Assembly: GCA_946965045.2 (NCBI GenBank)
Contig: OX337240.1
Span: forward strand, 1,550,001-1,614,000
DNA from: Epithemia pelagica
Lineage: Eukaryota; Protista; Bacillariophyta
Reading direction: 5' to 3'
Length of the DNA: 64,000 bases
The notes under the pieces were generated by a model. That model did no database searches, was not told the origin of the DNA, and saw only the letters and a program-made list of their open reading frames with translations. A program made the translations under genes and the position numbers. Shown here in pieces: positions 1 to 13,052 of this stretch. Each line of letters begins with the position of its first letter. The stretch's first letter is position 1.

Positions 1-87
1 AAAATAAGTCAATAATGTGATGAACGGATAAAGGAGGCCTTTCTTGATAAAGGGGGAGTGCTGCACGATAGTTGTGTTCGGTAGCTT

Positions 88-888
88 TCAAGCCGCAGGA
101 GGCGGTAGTCCAGCCAGCATACTCTCATTGTAGTTGACATTGTTGCTGAATACCGAAAGATCCTCATGAGAGTTTGTGAGTCGCTCCATGCGTTGGTGTT
201 CCTCCAATAGGACCTTCATTTGACCCAGCCGAAAGAGTGTTTCCTCAGTTTCCCACAGCAGACAGTAGACATGACCCGTGTTGTTCAAAAGTGCAAGCTC
301 GAGCAATCGACTTGGATGCTGGCACTCCTGCACTAAATCCTGGAGGTAGTTGTTCGCCATTTCATAGGCAAAGAGACACTTCTCGAGTTCATGACTCCAT
401 ATCATTGGGTCTCTTGAGGCCAGACCAGACAAACGAAAGCACAAAGCAAGATTGTAGTAAAGGACACAGAGTATCAGGCTGATATCTGTGTCAGAAAGAA
501 GATAGGAGTGACCAGTAGGCACAATTGAAAATGCCTTATCGAACATTGCGAAAGACGAATCTTGTTTGGATCCAACCACAAAAGTTGTTGTCGGAGGAAC
601 AACAGCGACACTTTCCACTCTGACGGAGTCCTGGATATGAGTTGGCTTGTCTTGGTCATCTTCTCTTATCCCCTCGAGGTACACAATGCATTGGTCTAAA
701 AGATCCTCGGCTGTATCGAAAACCTTGAATCGCATAAGACGAAGTGCTTTCATGTTCATGGCCGCAAAGAACGAAGGTGAGGTCCACATTCTTGAGTCTA
801 TCAATGGGCAATCAATCCTCATTCCTGTCTTTTGAACCATTTTGGAGAGAGCAGGAGCTTGGATGCACCTCAAGAATGGATACATCAT
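88..888 (-). CDS. Hypothetical TPR-like helical protein (diatom-type expanded family)
   Basis: 266-aa ORF with motifs VLYYNLALCFRLSG and LALLNNTGHVY resembling TPR-like helices; similar in style to 61987-63213. Start uncertain. Confidence 0.6.
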   Translation of the reverse strand: MMYPFLRCIQAPALSKMVQKTGMRIDCPLIDSRMWTSPSFFAAMNMKALRLMRFKVFDTAEDLLDQCIVYLEGIREDDQDKPTHIQDSVRVESVAVVPPTTTFVVGSKQDSSFAMFDKAFSIVPTGHSYLLSDTDISLILCVLYYNLALCFRLSGLASRDPMIWSHELEKCLFAYEMANNYLQDLVQECQHPSRLLELALLNNTGHVYCLLWETEETLFRLGQMKVLLEEHQRMERLTNSHEDLSVFSNNVNYNESMLAGLPPPAA

Positions 889-2361
889 ATCGGCTGCCTC
901 AAAAAGGCGAGGTCATGGTCCTCAGCCTGCAAATAGTTAAGGCTGTAGAATTCTCAGGAACAAAGGACGAAAAACGAAAAAGAGACGCAAAGAGCAAACA
1001 GAAATCCACCGATAGAAAAACCCGGATCCCCAATTAAGCGACACTGCAGCTAACCTAACATGTCCGAGACATAACTGCTATGGCTTTGTTGCTGCCGTAT
1101 ATATTATTATCTACTCATATTGTAAGAGGTCAGAGGTCATCAGAGGACATGTTGTCCCGTTGTCCCTTTTTCTGTTGTTGCGTTATAATTATAATATTAT
1201 GTTTGTTGTAAACTCGTACTTCTTTTTCCTCTCCTCTTCGACGATGGAAGCTGCTCGTGATTCATGACTTTTGGGTATCGACATTATTTCATGTCTGATG
1301 CCATGCTTTCTCTCCGATTCCTTAGTTGTCGTACTTGAACCGAGAAGACAAGAGGAAATTGATCCCTGCAACCTGCAACGCTGAACGAGGAGCTTACGTT
1401 TTGCGTTGAGCGATTGACGGGTTTCCTGTCTGTCTTCGTGTCCAATCTTTTTTCATCCTCGGACAGCCCAACACAATCAATCAATCCAAAAAGCATTCCA
1501 ACCAAGCTAACTGTTGACCTTTCTCTGACAGATACCTGGTGTGGAAGAGCGCGAAACAAGGAATGGCCTGAAGTGTTATTCATCAGAAGGGTGGATCAAT
1601 GGCATGTAAATTTACTCCTATGAGCTTTTGGATTGAACTAGGTTGGTAGGTAGGCGCAATTACCAGGCGTTTCCATGATCATGCAAACGGCATACTAGTA
1701 ATACTTGGCGAGTTAAGGGATTGCAGGAGAGATTACTTTCATGTTTGTGCTCCATCTCGCATCTACCTACACCATCGCAAATGCTGCTAGGAGTAGGTAG
1801 GAGTACCTAGTGCTAGCGCAGGCTACCCACCTGTTTCTTTTCGGGGGTCATCCCCAAAATTTTCCAATGCGTACAGTCGCAGGGGGAGCGAGGACTACCT
1901 CATCAGGACGTAGAGGTCCGGGTAGATAATAGTTACTCCTAATCGCAAACTCGGTTAAGACGATGCTTCTATTGCTCGAACTGCTCCTGGATGAACGAAA
2001 GAAAACTCTTGATTAGAGTGATATAAACGAGAGAAAGAAAAGATCCCGACGAACGGTCTTTCCGAGCCTAAAATCCCGGTAAGATTCTTCTCCAATTTAA
2101 GCTTACAGGTGATGCCATGGCCAAGTAAGACGCAGCTTTAGAGCGGTAGCGATTGTCCGGACTAGATACAAGCCTGTTCGCATTGTTAACATAAAGCCAG
2201 TCAAACGGGAATACGCAAGCTGATCTATGGGATGCATTCCATGAGTCAAATAAAAAGTGAAAACAGAAATCTCGAGATGTAACTTAAGTGATATTTCTAT
2301 TCACTGGCTATGACGTCTATGAGTTCTCCATCAGAAACAAAAGTCTCTAAAAGTGTGAAAT

Positions 2362-3054
2362 CTAATCATCCAGAAGGATCTGATCCCCTAGAATGGAAGA
2401 ATCGTATGCGGAGTCCGAGCTTGATAGAGTGCTAATGGAATCGTCATCGTTGCAACCTCTTGGAGCGCGAGTGGGCGATGCATTTGCGTTTATTGAGAGC
2501 GTTTCAGGTGTTCCATTGACAATCGACCATCTCTCTGGGTGAAACTCAACGTCAAATCCATCAGCATAAGGGGCAGTGGCCAGATTCATGGAATTCAAGC
2601 AGGTTTCAGTTTGTGGTCTTCTCATGCTTTGGCTGATTCGTGGTCTTTCCTTGCGGAATCTCCGTCTCCCTCTTGTTGTACTGCTGCAACTGCTGCTGTC
2701 CGAATCATAGCAATAGGCCTCTTCGTTGTTTCGCAACCAATGTCTTGATGAGAGTTTGGGATAGGATGAAAGGAATCTTGGGTCATTGCATGGTAGATTT
2801 TGAAGTTTGTCCATCGCCAAAGTCGCAGGCATCGTGCAGCTTCCACTGGAAGAGTCAATCGACGCGGAGAGCGCTCGAATCGGACCAGTTCTTCTATCAA
2901 TCGGACGTAGTGTTGGTTGATTCCTCATGGTTGAAATCACTGAATCTCCAAGGACGAGAACCAAGTTTGTGCTTTTGGAGTGAAGAATAATATGAAAAGT
3001 GAAAGGGAACATGACATTCTTCCGTAAAGACACATCGACAGGGGGGTTCGCCAT
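2362..3054 (-). CDS. Hypothetical low-complexity protein
   Basis: 230-aa Ser/Arg/Asp-rich ORF with no recognisable domain; the true start is probably a downstream ATG. Confidence 0.4.
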   Translation of the reverse strand: MANPPVDVSLRKNVMFPFTFHIILHSKSTNLVLVLGDSVISTMRNQPTLRPIDRRTGPIRALSASIDSSSGSCTMPATLAMDKLQNLPCNDPRFLSSYPKLSSRHWLRNNEEAYCYDSDSSSCSSTTRGRRRFRKERPRISQSMRRPQTETCLNSMNLATAPYADGFDVEFHPERWSIVNGTPETLSINANASPTRAPRGCNDDDSISTLSSSDSAYDSSILGDQILLDD

Positions 3055-3968
3055 GAAAGAAGACTTCGGCAGTTGGAACCTTTATCGCGACCGACTGCAT
3101 TTTGTGACGTGGCTGAATGTGGCACTTGAAGATGCCGAATCTCGCAAAGAATCTTGTGCACACAAAATCTTGATGATCGACCAACGACACACATCATGCT
3201 TCACGCCTCCCGTATTGGCAAGTTGGCTGTATGGGATGACAAGGACGAATCTATGAACTTGTGCCTTTCACTGGCATTCTGTGCATTGACACAGCGGGGT
3301 GCCAAAGATTCTCATCCCAAGTTTCTCTAGGAGTACAGGCTACAAGAGGGCACGCCCACAAATCGAGGTAGATCCGGTATTAAAGATCTTCAGGCATTTA
3401 GATGTATGAAGTACCAAATGCGAAGTAAAGAATCTGAAGCGATACCGAGATTATCCTAGAGATGATGATGTGAAATGGGATCTACAATACATTGGGCATT
3501 CAAAATGACTTAGGAGTAGTCTTTCTTGATGGAGCACTTGCTCTTCTCTCGACATTGCAGAGATTTTTCTCTTGCGGTTTGTTGTTTCCCCAAATCCCTC
3601 TTCTCACTCCTCCAGGTTTGCTTCACCTGTTCATAGCCAAGAAGCTGATCGCACAATCATGGATGTCCGACCTCATCTTCCAAAGAGAGACAATCGCAAT
3701 TTTCAATTTTCGGCTCTGAATCTGATCTATGTATCAGTCGCGTTTACACCTTCTGGTCGCGTTCATCGGTGGGTTCGCTTTCCACTCCACCCACGCCGGC
3801 GCATTCGCTCATTTTTGTTTTTTGTCCGCATTCGAGAAAAGTGGAAACGCGAAGCCGTGGATGCCACCAAACAGACTATAGCATGTTCTATCTATGTTTC
3901 GTTGCATACGAGGCAACAGCCTCTTTGAGTTCACAAAAAACAAGTCGCACATAAAGAACACACCATCG

Positions 3969-5150
3969 ATGAAGCTTTTGTGGAACAAGGACAAAGGATC
4001 TTCGTCTTTTGATCTGAAGACTGTCGACGAAGTGGAAAACAATGTGGAACACCAGGAAGAAGAGCACTATGATGTTGAAAGAGCCGAACGGTCCATTTTC
4101 TCTCGCATGAGATGTTCGCTCAGCAGTACCAGTAGTTTCCGGGATGTAGACGAAGAGGACCAGACATCGAACACAACAGCCTCTTCCTCATCTTCTCATA
4201 ATTCAGAGTCCTCCATCTGCTCGAGTGATGCCACTCATGAACGTGATGGAGGGACCACCAAACCGGAAAAAGCAAACGCGACACCCAAATCGGTCCGCTT
4301 CAATACAGACTTGAACGAGGTATTTCATGAAGGTCCGTCTACAGAACCGGGAACAGGACAACAACCAGACTCTTCTCAATCGTGCCTATACTCTCGGCAG
4401 TCGAGTTGGAAGCACCGCTGGTATACCAACATTCTCAAAGCAAAAAAGAAAAGAACACCATCGCCTGAAAGGGAATATGATCCTGATTCAGCTTGCATTT
4501 GGTACTCTCAGGAAGAACTGGCCAGGATGGACGCACAGCTGGAACCTGATACCTGCACTTACCTGATTGAGGACATGCCAAGGGCAGCACGATGCCTCAG
4601 AAACTTGCGGCTCTTGTATAGAGAATGCCACAAGTCATGTGATGGAGAGCATGAGGAAGTGCAGAGTGGAGAGGGGCTGAAGCACTTGTCAACCGAATCC
4701 ACGCCCAATTATCGCAGGTGCCAGTCTCACCACGAACTTTTGAGAGATAACCTACGGCAACACGTCTACGCGAATGAGGGGGACTTGGATGATGACAAAG
4801 CGACAGACCGTATAAATGGTGACGACATGCCACTTGTATGTGAACAGAGCAAAAGAACCACCATTGTTGGTTTGGAACGCATTGTCATGGGCCCAGAACA
4901 GTTTGAAAAGGAAGCGCACAACGATCGTCTTCGAATCCTTCGCCAACAGCAACAACCTAAGCAACGACACTGGAACAGTCGTGGCAAACTTTTGCGGAGA
5001 ATGACCGGTCGTGAGCAGGAGCCGTTCACTTCGGTGAGTCAGGCAAGTCGTGCCTCGAGTCGGTTCGCACAAGAACTGGCTGGTGCCCTCGCAGCGTCTT
5101 TGTATCCTGAAAAAGGCTCATCCAAGGAAGAAAGTCTTGATGCTACATAG
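3969..5150 (+). CDS. Hypothetical protein of a diatom-type family of unknown function
   Basis: Long ORF (3894-5150, first ATG 3969) with motifs SVRFN, IWYSQEEL, VGLERI and SRASSRFAQELA, an order I recognise from diatom hypothetical proteins. Confidence 0.7.
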   Translation: MKLLWNKDKGSSSFDLKTVDEVENNVEHQEEEHYDVERAERSIFSRMRCSLSSTSSFRDVDEEDQTSNTTASSSSSHNSESSICSSDATHERDGGTTKPEKANATPKSVRFNTDLNEVFHEGPSTEPGTGQQPDSSQSCLYSRQSSWKHRWYTNILKAKKKRTPSPEREYDPDSACIWYSQEELARMDAQLEPDTCTYLIEDMPRAARCLRNLRLLYRECHKSCDGEHEEVQSGEGLKHLSTESTPNYRRCQSHHELLRDNLRQHVYANEGDLDDDKATDRINGDDMPLVCEQSKRTTIVGLERIVMGPEQFEKEAHNDRLRILRQQQQPKQRHWNSRGKLLRRMTGREQEPFTSVSQASRASSRFAQELAGALAASLYPEKGSSKEESLDAT

Positions 5151-5601
5151 CTATCGTGGGGCTCTGTTCAGGATGTTAATGCTTGTCATCCACAGTCCCA
5201 AGCATTTTTGGAGCTTTCCGTATGGCGGGTAGCACGTGAAAACAAGAGGAATTGTGATAGAATTTGAGGTCCATAGATATATTCCTATTGAAAAGCTTTT
5301 GTTTCGTACTCTATGGCTAGGATTTCCATCAAACAAAGAGTGTTTGTGTAATCTCCTTGTTGGTAGTGAAGCAAGGCAATGAGAAAACAAAACGGAGAAA
5401 AGACTTCCAAGAAGTACATACGATGTATGCTTCCATGAGAAAACACACTGAGGTGCCAGCAGTTTATCAATATTGTTCTATTTTAGCTTAGCCTCATCAT
5501 TTTCGTTACTAGGACTGCTTGTTGCATCTACCAATGCTTTTCCTCTTTGTCCAAAAAGTCAGCAACCATTCAATGGTTGACGACCGTGGAGGCCACAATT
5601 T

Positions 5602-8135
5602 TTAACTGTTCGCTTCATTTTGACGCCGAAGAACAGCAAGCTCAGTCCGTAAGGAAGCGTTTTCTTTTTCCAATTGAACCTGTCGTTGTTCCACTGCCTC
5701 CAGTATTTTGGATACTTCTAACAACAAGTCATCCTTTTCTTCCAATTGCTTTTGCAGAAACGACGAATCTGCTTTGCGAATGGTGGACGCCAACTCTTGT
5801 TGTTCTAGTTGAGCTCGCAAATGCAGCACCTCTTTATCAGAAGAGGAAGACGAATGCATCGATGAAAAGAAAGGCCCACCGCCATTTTGCTGTTGTTGCT
5901 GTTGTTTGGTTTTGCGCTTTTTCAACACAGAACCCAACAATCCTTGAATCCGTGACAGTTCAATTTGCAAGTTTTTGTCCGTCTCGTCCTCCGCTGCCGA
6001 TACTTGCCGTACGATGGGAGCCGGAGTCTGTTGTTGAGACGAGCTCTTGGTGGCAGGTGTATTTACGGATGTGCTAGTCGATGTCGCACCTTCACTCTTG
6101 GTTGTAGCCAGTGCAATCAAATCCTCTTCATCGTCGATATTTGCCGTGTCATTGTACGCATCCCAGTCTTCGGAATCAATCAAATCCTCTGGTCGTTGAT
6201 GCATCATTGGCGACATGGGCTTCGACTTGAGAATTAGTTTCTCCATTGTTTGGATAGAAGAAACCAGTTCTTTGATCTCATCCTCCGAAACCACATCTTC
6301 CAAGAAGCTACCGGACCGCTGTTGTTGCTGCTGAAGCGGCGAAGTTTGAGATGAAGGTGAGCCCTGTTCCAGCAATATCTTCTTGGCTGCTTCAGCCTCT
6401 TTCAGTTGCTGTTTCAAATCCTCAATTTCATCTCTATACGATTGCAACAAGGTTCGGTCATCGGGTGCCTCTTGAATGGTTGCCTTTTGAGGAATCTTCT
6501 TCGCCCGAGTAGCAAACTTGAACGTATTGTGCGACTCTTCGACATGTTGCGCCAAGGGAGATATACAGCAAACCAACATGAGCTGTGCATTACCCGACAA
6601 GGACGGTTGCAGCAATCTTGTGAGCTTCGAGTCTCGATACGGGATGTGTTGTTGTTTCAAGGACTTTTTTGTGTTGCTGCCACCTGAGTAATTCGCATCA
6701 CCCATTTCTGACAAAGCATAGACCACCTTCCCGAGTGTCATAAGTGATTGATTAATGTAATGCCCTTCCTGTCGTCGTTCATTGCTGCCCGTTAATCGGA
6801 CCGATTCCGAGCCTGCAAGATCAACCAAAGACAAGGAGGATACTCGAACATGGGCACCCAGTCGGGAAGAGGAGGCCAATGATGAGGTTGACGAGGAAGT
6901 GGAGGTGAACCGTTGTGGACCGGGATGTGACGACAAGTTGCCATTTGCTTCGGGCAAGGCTCGACTTTCAATCCACAAACGAACAATGACATGACTACGA
7001 CTGCTATGAGCATTCATATGTGTCGCCCCCACTTGCCGTCGCGATTCACCTTCGGCCAGGAGACTAAACACTTGTTCTGGGCTGGTAACGACTTCTTCCC
7101 GTAATCCTTTAATGACCAACCCATCAGCGGCCGTGTCAAACAAGCGAATGGGTGTCGAGGAGCCATCTCCGAGCAAATCGCGGATATGTTCCTTGTAAAC
7201 CTCCATGTAAGACAGCCGCAATAAATATTCGCGAGGGTGTAATTGGTTGTGTTTCAAGTAATCAAAGCACCCTCGAATGGATAAAGGTATCAAACCTGGT
7301 TGCGATGTTGTACCTGTCATTGTGTGAGTCTTTCCAGTGCCTGAACACGTATGGTGGCAAGAGTTTCAAGAGAAGGTAAGTTGACCACGATACATCGATA
7401 TTGTGAATCAGTAAATGATCGGCCGCCCATTGAAAACAGCAAATACAAAATATCACAGGGAGCATGAATTGGTTAGCTTGATCAGTGGAGACAACGAGCA
7501 GAAAATATTGAAGAATACGTACTGGTTTGTCCGTAGGCCAGAATCGAGGCATGATATCCATCCATGGAGGCATTGACAAGATTGAGAACCGACTGGTCAA
7601 AGAGTTGTTGAGTGGAAGCATCAGGTCCATACACATGATCCAAGGTATACGCTGTAGTTCTTCCGGGCAAATTTTCCAAATTGGGATTTTGTTGGACAGT
7701 AGCATCTCCAGATACATTCCAGGCATAACTTTGCGGTTCCCCTGCTCCTCCTCCTTGCGAGTCCACTTGTGGGCTTTGTTTATTGTTGTTCGTAGTATTG
7801 TTGTTACTGTTGTTGCTCCGTCGATCTGGGGTGGATAACAAACTATTTTGATTCCTCGCCTGTCCCAACAAAGAGGAAGCCTGAGTGGTGCGATTGGCAC
7901 GGGGAGGAGTCGTCAATTTGGAAAAGCGAGGACCTCCACTTCCTCCACGGTGATGCGTTTTTGGTTTGTTATTGTTGGAGGAGGACAAGAAGCTGGTAGA
8001 GGATTCCTTGCCGATTTGGAGGGGTCGTATTCGCACACACACTTCAATGTGCGTCTTGCGCTCTTCCTCCTGTGAGGTAGTGGCGACAATCTCCGTCAAG
8101 GGAGGACCCGAAGACGGCATGTTGAAATCGCTCAA
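5602..8135 (-). CDS. Kinesin motor protein, kinesin-7/CENP-E-like; 2 exons
   Basis: GT-AG intron 7341-7522 joins ORFs 7482-8135 and 5602-7320 to give the P-loop GQTSTGKT. Also NAHSSRSH, LVDLAGSE and HIPYRDSKLTRLLQPSL, followed by coiled-coil segments. Confidence 0.92.
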
Positions 8136-8905
8136 GAAAAAGAGGAACTATAAATTCGATTGGGAATAGATACCAGGAAGCACAAACAGAAGCACAAACA
8201 GAGCGGTGGTTGTAGATATTGTCGAAGAAAGGTCGAATTTACCAAAACTGTTTCTTGCAGAGGCAGAGCAAAAAATGAAGATACCAATCGAAATTCGTTT
8301 CTCTTGTTTTTCTTCCAGGATGACTTTCAAAGATGTAAGAACCACAAAGGGATGTCGTACAAGGTCAAATGGTTGAGGAGGTGATCTCAATTATGAACAA
8401 AATGAAGCTTGTTCCATACACGGTCGTCCTTGTCGAATGCCGAAGCCACACACACCACAAGAGTCTCCAGCCAAAGAACTGGTCGACGTTGACAGCAAGA
8501 GTCAAATGCTCTCACCGCACACGGAAACAATCGCAGCTCTTGATGCCAATGGATTTGTCCGGACCGTCCTTGTTGTCGTCGAGAGTCACGATGCCCTAGC
8601 TCCTGGCTCACTGTGTTCCAGGCTGCGTCGCAGTCAGTTAGTTGGAGTGGGAAGGGCGAGCCAACGAGACTCAAGATGAGATGGGCGCTTCGAACTTTGA
8701 ACCACGACGAATGTAAAACGGATTGGGCTGGATTTGTTTTCGCTCTCTTCTCCGGTCAGGTTTTCCCAAGACCTCCTTCTTTGTTTCAGAGTGTGTTTTA
8801 TGTCGTGTAAGTTCTTGTGTGATAGTCGCAGTAGATCAAACAGCGAGTGAGGGCAATGGCACGTGGCATGCGTTGTTGCCCTGTGTGGTTGGGTTTCCGG
8901 CGCTC

Positions 8906-8948
8906 CTTTTTTGTTTTTTTGTTTTTTGTTTTTTGTTTTTTGTTTTTT
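8906..8948. repeat. (GTTTTTT)n simple repeat
   Basis: Read directly from the sequence. Confidence 0.8.
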
Positions 8949-10139
8949 GGGGTCGTCCTGTTGCGCCAGTCGCTTATAAAATATTGATCTGGGTACTCTA
9001 TACTCGATAGTGGCGTATATCCGTAATCCGTTGTCCGTCTGCCTGTCGTTGTCCGAGTCAATGGACAAAGGACACAAAAAATTCCCCAAATCCAGTTTCG
9101 CCAACTTTCGACCTTTGGGACGGAAATTCCGACCATGGCAAATCCATACGAGTGAACCGAAACAATTTTTTCGTGTACTCGAATCTCATTGTTTGAAGAA
9201 AGATCACCTATGATGCAAGTGACACTTCATGAAACGACTACCTCCTACTACTACCCCTAGAGAGATTGGGAGGGTGAGATTCAAGAGGCGTCAGTTCTTT
9301 GTCACAAACGGTCAAGGTTCTATTTCGATCCAGAGAAACCGTTCTATTTTACCATGAACCATCAATCCGCTACGGGAGAGTGAATCGGTGTCCTCGAGAA
9401 ATGCAGATTCCTTCGTTCCGTAAGAACCAATGAGAGGCCTTCTCATCGAGATTGTTGTTGCTGAGCATGTGTAGGTATAACACCAAGGTCGTACAAAGCT
9501 TATACAATAGTGTCTTTCGAATAGGTGTCTGTCGATGGACCTTATGGAACGCCGCTCTTTGACTATTGCTTCTTCAATCTTGATGCTCCTATTGTATCAT
9601 TCGAATTTTGTCTTCTTGGCGCTTGGCGGTGGTGGTGGACGTGGCTCGGACCATTCAGCCTTCTCACCCGGCGCCGGCGCGTATGCCGCCAAACCCTTGT
9701 GTTCTCATTAGTTAAGCCTGATGCGGTCACGTCCGCGGAGAGGATCAATAAAACTGTCAATGGAGACTTCGACAAACAGTATCACGCATGCACGGCAATG
9801 ATACACTAGAATTATCAATAGTGTACTCGCATCGCTTCTGTCTAGCGTAGAGAGTACCGCTTCAGTCGTGTGTTATTTGAAAACACGAACCAACCACTGA
9901 AATTTCCCACAAAAACAAAGAAGCGCACTCTTTGATTCGCGTCCGTTGTTCGCACTCTCTCTTCATGGTTCTCTTCTTCCTTTTGGCCCGAAACGAAGTT
10001 CCCTGTCATCATTCGCGCACCTACCTTCATTCCCATTACTCTCAAAGAGCAAATTCAATTTGACTGCCGACTAGTTTTGATTCGAAAGGACCGAGTCATT
10101 CGTTCGTGCTTATACACTTTGCTTTCATCATCATCATCA

Positions 10140-11560
10140 TGTTTCCAGGTTTGCTCCGAGCTGTAGCGTTGAGTTTGATGCTGGCCATCGACCTCATGCC
10201 GGTGTCGAGTGAAATGATCGATATTTGTGCGAGTTTCAACTACACCATTAACACAGATGGCGTGAACTTCAACTCAACCACAGGCAAGGATGAATTTGAC
10301 CAAGAAGGAATCGACTTTGTGAATCAGAAAATTGACGAAGCCAATGTGAATGTGAACATTACCAATTACACCAGCATCTTAACCTCAGGAACGTGTGATG
10401 AACAACCCGTGTCTCCCTTTGTATCTTGTGCTGTGGCTGGAGCTACCCTCTGTGCCATGACTGATGAGACCATTGATCAAGATTTGATCGATCGTTTGAG
10501 TTTGGCCAAAGTTCGAACCTTTGTCAGGGAATTCAATCAAAGCTATCCAAACCAAATCAGCATCACCTACCAGTATCCCATTCCGGTCAAGGGAACCATT
10601 GTCTTGACCTTTTCTCAAGCCAACGCACCTGTGAACGAGACAGCACTGATTGAGGAGTTACGTCTCAACCTGGGCGCTGTTTTGGCACAAGAGGGATTTG
10701 ATTTGATCAATGTCATTATCTATTTGCAAACCGCAATGGTAGCATCGCAAGGGACACGGCGTCGCTTGAACGAAAAGAATGTGCCCTTTGATGACGTGGG
10801 AGCGGGCGATCAGGTGACGGGTGTACAGGTACAAGGCTTGATATACACGCATTGTCCCTTACCCTGCTCGGAAGATACCCTCAAAAAAACTCTTAATTCC
10901 GCTACTTCTGAAAACTATATTAAAAACGAAATGTTGGTGAATTTGAAGGAAGACGATCCGAACAGCTTTGCAGGTGTTGAGTCTGTTGCCATCGCGGACG
11001 ATACCAATGGTGTTCTAAATTTAAACGTAACAGAAATCTTGGGTGATGCCACCAGGGATATTCCCCCGTTCCGAGGCGAACCACAAGAAATTGAGGAAGA
11101 AAAAGTTACGTGGTGGATTTGGGTGTTGTTTGGTGTCATTATGTTTGTCATTGTGGCAGGTGGACTCTTCGCCTTTTGGGCCGTGCACAGACGCAATGAA
11201 AAGCGGTTTATTCAAGATCAGTACGATCACTTTGCGGCCGCCACTCATAGTGCTTCACACTCCCAAGGAGGAGGAGGCAGTGTCGCCAGCCGCAGTGCCA
11301 TGGCAGGCAGCGTGAGCCGTAACAACACCAACAGCAGCGCCATGATCCGAAACGGTAGCAGTACTCGGTTTCGTGGAAGTGGGGACAGCGTGGCTGGTCG
11401 GTCTCATGTCAGCAACAGTAGCCGCAATAGCGGTAGCGCTGCCGCTCCCATCGTCGCAACCGCCGTCCCACCTTCGACCTTGGTTGTGGCAACGCCACAT
11501 CCCGTTTCCTCCGATACAGACGTTCCATCCACACCTCATGCGGTCATGGTGGAAAAATAG
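10140..11560 (+). CDS. Type I membrane protein (signal peptide, Asn-rich ectodomain, one TM helix, Ser-rich tail)
   Basis: ORF 10106-11560 with ATG at 10140. Hydrophobic N-terminus MFPGLLRAVALSLMLA, several N-x-T/S sequons, TM segment WWIWVLFGVIMFVIVAGGLFAFWAV followed by basic HRRNEKR. Confidence 0.8.
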
Positions 11561-11816
11561 CAACGAACGACTAGAAACTAACCAACAAGAAGAGAAGGAC
11601 AGATACAAGTATTGGCGTTTGTGGTCTTTCTCGGAAAGGGGGGACCTTGTTTTGCATTTTAGACCGTAACTGTTATTTTCAACCGTCCATCGTTTCAACA
11701 TAGGATTACCAAACAAGCTGCTATATGTTCAAGTCTCTACTCCTATGAGATATAGCTAGATGGGGCTCATCTGTAATCTATCGATTTCCCGGGTGGAGCA
11801 AAGGAATCTCTTCTTG

Positions 11817-13052
11817 TCATGCGTCATGGCGTCCTCGTTTGACTGGCAACGACGATGCACTGTGATCAAGCTGGGGCGCCAGTGTGGTAAGGGCGGCAAA
11901 CATGCACGTCTTGCCAATGAATCCATCTTCCTTGGCCAAATAGGCCAGGGCATGGCTCCATATGCTCAAGTCTCGACTCGACGAATGACGCACACTGGCC
12001 CGCACTTGGGCCAAGAGTTGATTGCGCTGCATACATAGTTCCAATATCCGTTGAAAGGACATTTGGCTCTTGTGTCCGGCATGGATTCGTTGCAAACTGT
12101 GATTGGAAAAACAAAGTGTCTGCAGAAACTCTCGTCGTAACCGGGTGTGAATGCGAAACAATCGTTGAGTACCACCCAGACTCAATCCATGTAACTTGCA
12201 GTCTTTTTGGCCGAGTAACTTGTGAAGAGAGCTAAGCGATTTTGTTCCCAGTCCACAATCATACAAGTTTAGTACTCTCAGAGTGTTTCTTGGACCTTTC
12301 TTTCGGACCACATCTAGAATTGCTGCCAAATCAGCGTCGTCCAGTTTCTTTTCAAAGTCATCCATATCAATGCTTAGTTCTTGTAAATCTGTTTGAACAA
12401 CAAGACCTTCCAGTAGATAGGAGATGTCAGGCCCAAAGTCACAGGCACTCAGTGTGAGCTTTTGAAAGTCCCGTTTCTGAAGCAAGAGTCGATGGAGATG
12501 CGTTCGGTTGCAGTGATCTGTCGAAAAGTTGTAGAAATGGAACCGTAGACTTCGAACTGATGTATTGTCGGGCAACGCAAATGACAAGCACTCCAGCATG
12601 GTCCCATTGTCCATGTTTGGACCGTCGTCATAGCCATAGGTGTCATCGTAATCATCCCCATCGCCCCACAAACACAGAATGACAATTTGTTTGGTCGACC
12701 GAAGAGCATTCGCCATCACTTCCATGGCGCCATCCTCTTGATTAATGTTGGAGACAATGGAGAGGCCTTTGATACGAGGTGTGTGCTGCAAGAAGTTGGC
12801 GACATAATCGGCACTGTCACGGTTCAGGAGTAAACGATCGCGATGAGAGTCACCTGCAGGTGACAACTCAAACAAAACGGCATGTTGATCCAGTTGAGCT
12901 TTGGTCACATTTTGGCAAACATGAGGATGGAGTCCTCCCACAATTTCTTCTTCGAATACCATCAATGTCATGATGATGATAGTACTGCCTTGTCGGAACA
13001 GGACTGAGACAGACGATAGTGTTAACTTCTTGCAGTATGCGAAATTTGCCAA
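11817..13052 (-). CDS. RNI-like leucine-rich-repeat protein, copy 1
   Basis: 411-aa intronless ORF with LRR-like units (FQKLTLSACDFG, LQELSIDM, LRVLNLYDCGLG, LHGLSLGG); paralogous to 25412-26743, 49448-50626 and 51176-52357. Confidence 0.85.
   Translation of the reverse strand: MANFAYCKKLTLSSVSVLFRQGSTIIIMTLMVFEEEIVGGLHPHVCQNVTKAQLDQHAVLFELSPAGDSHRDRLLLNRDSADYVANFLQHTPRIKGLSIVSNINQEDGAMEVMANALRSTKQIVILCLWGDGDDYDDTYGYDDGPNMDNGTMLECLSFALPDNTSVRSLRFHFYNFSTDHCNRTHLHRLLLQKRDFQKLTLSACDFGPDISYLLEGLVVQTDLQELSIDMDDFEKKLDDADLAAILDVVRKKGPRNTLRVLNLYDCGLGTKSLSSLHKLLGQKDCKLHGLSLGGTQRLFRIHTRLRREFLQTLCFSNHSLQRIHAGHKSQMSFQRILELCMQRNQLLAQVRASVRHSSSRDLSIWSHALAYLAKEDGFIGKTCMFAALTTLAPQLDHSASSLPVKRGRHDA

Noticed and set aside
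8387-9809. Several 60-156 aa ORFs upstream of the kinesin
   Set aside because: They overlap each other, cross a simple repeat and show no domain signal.
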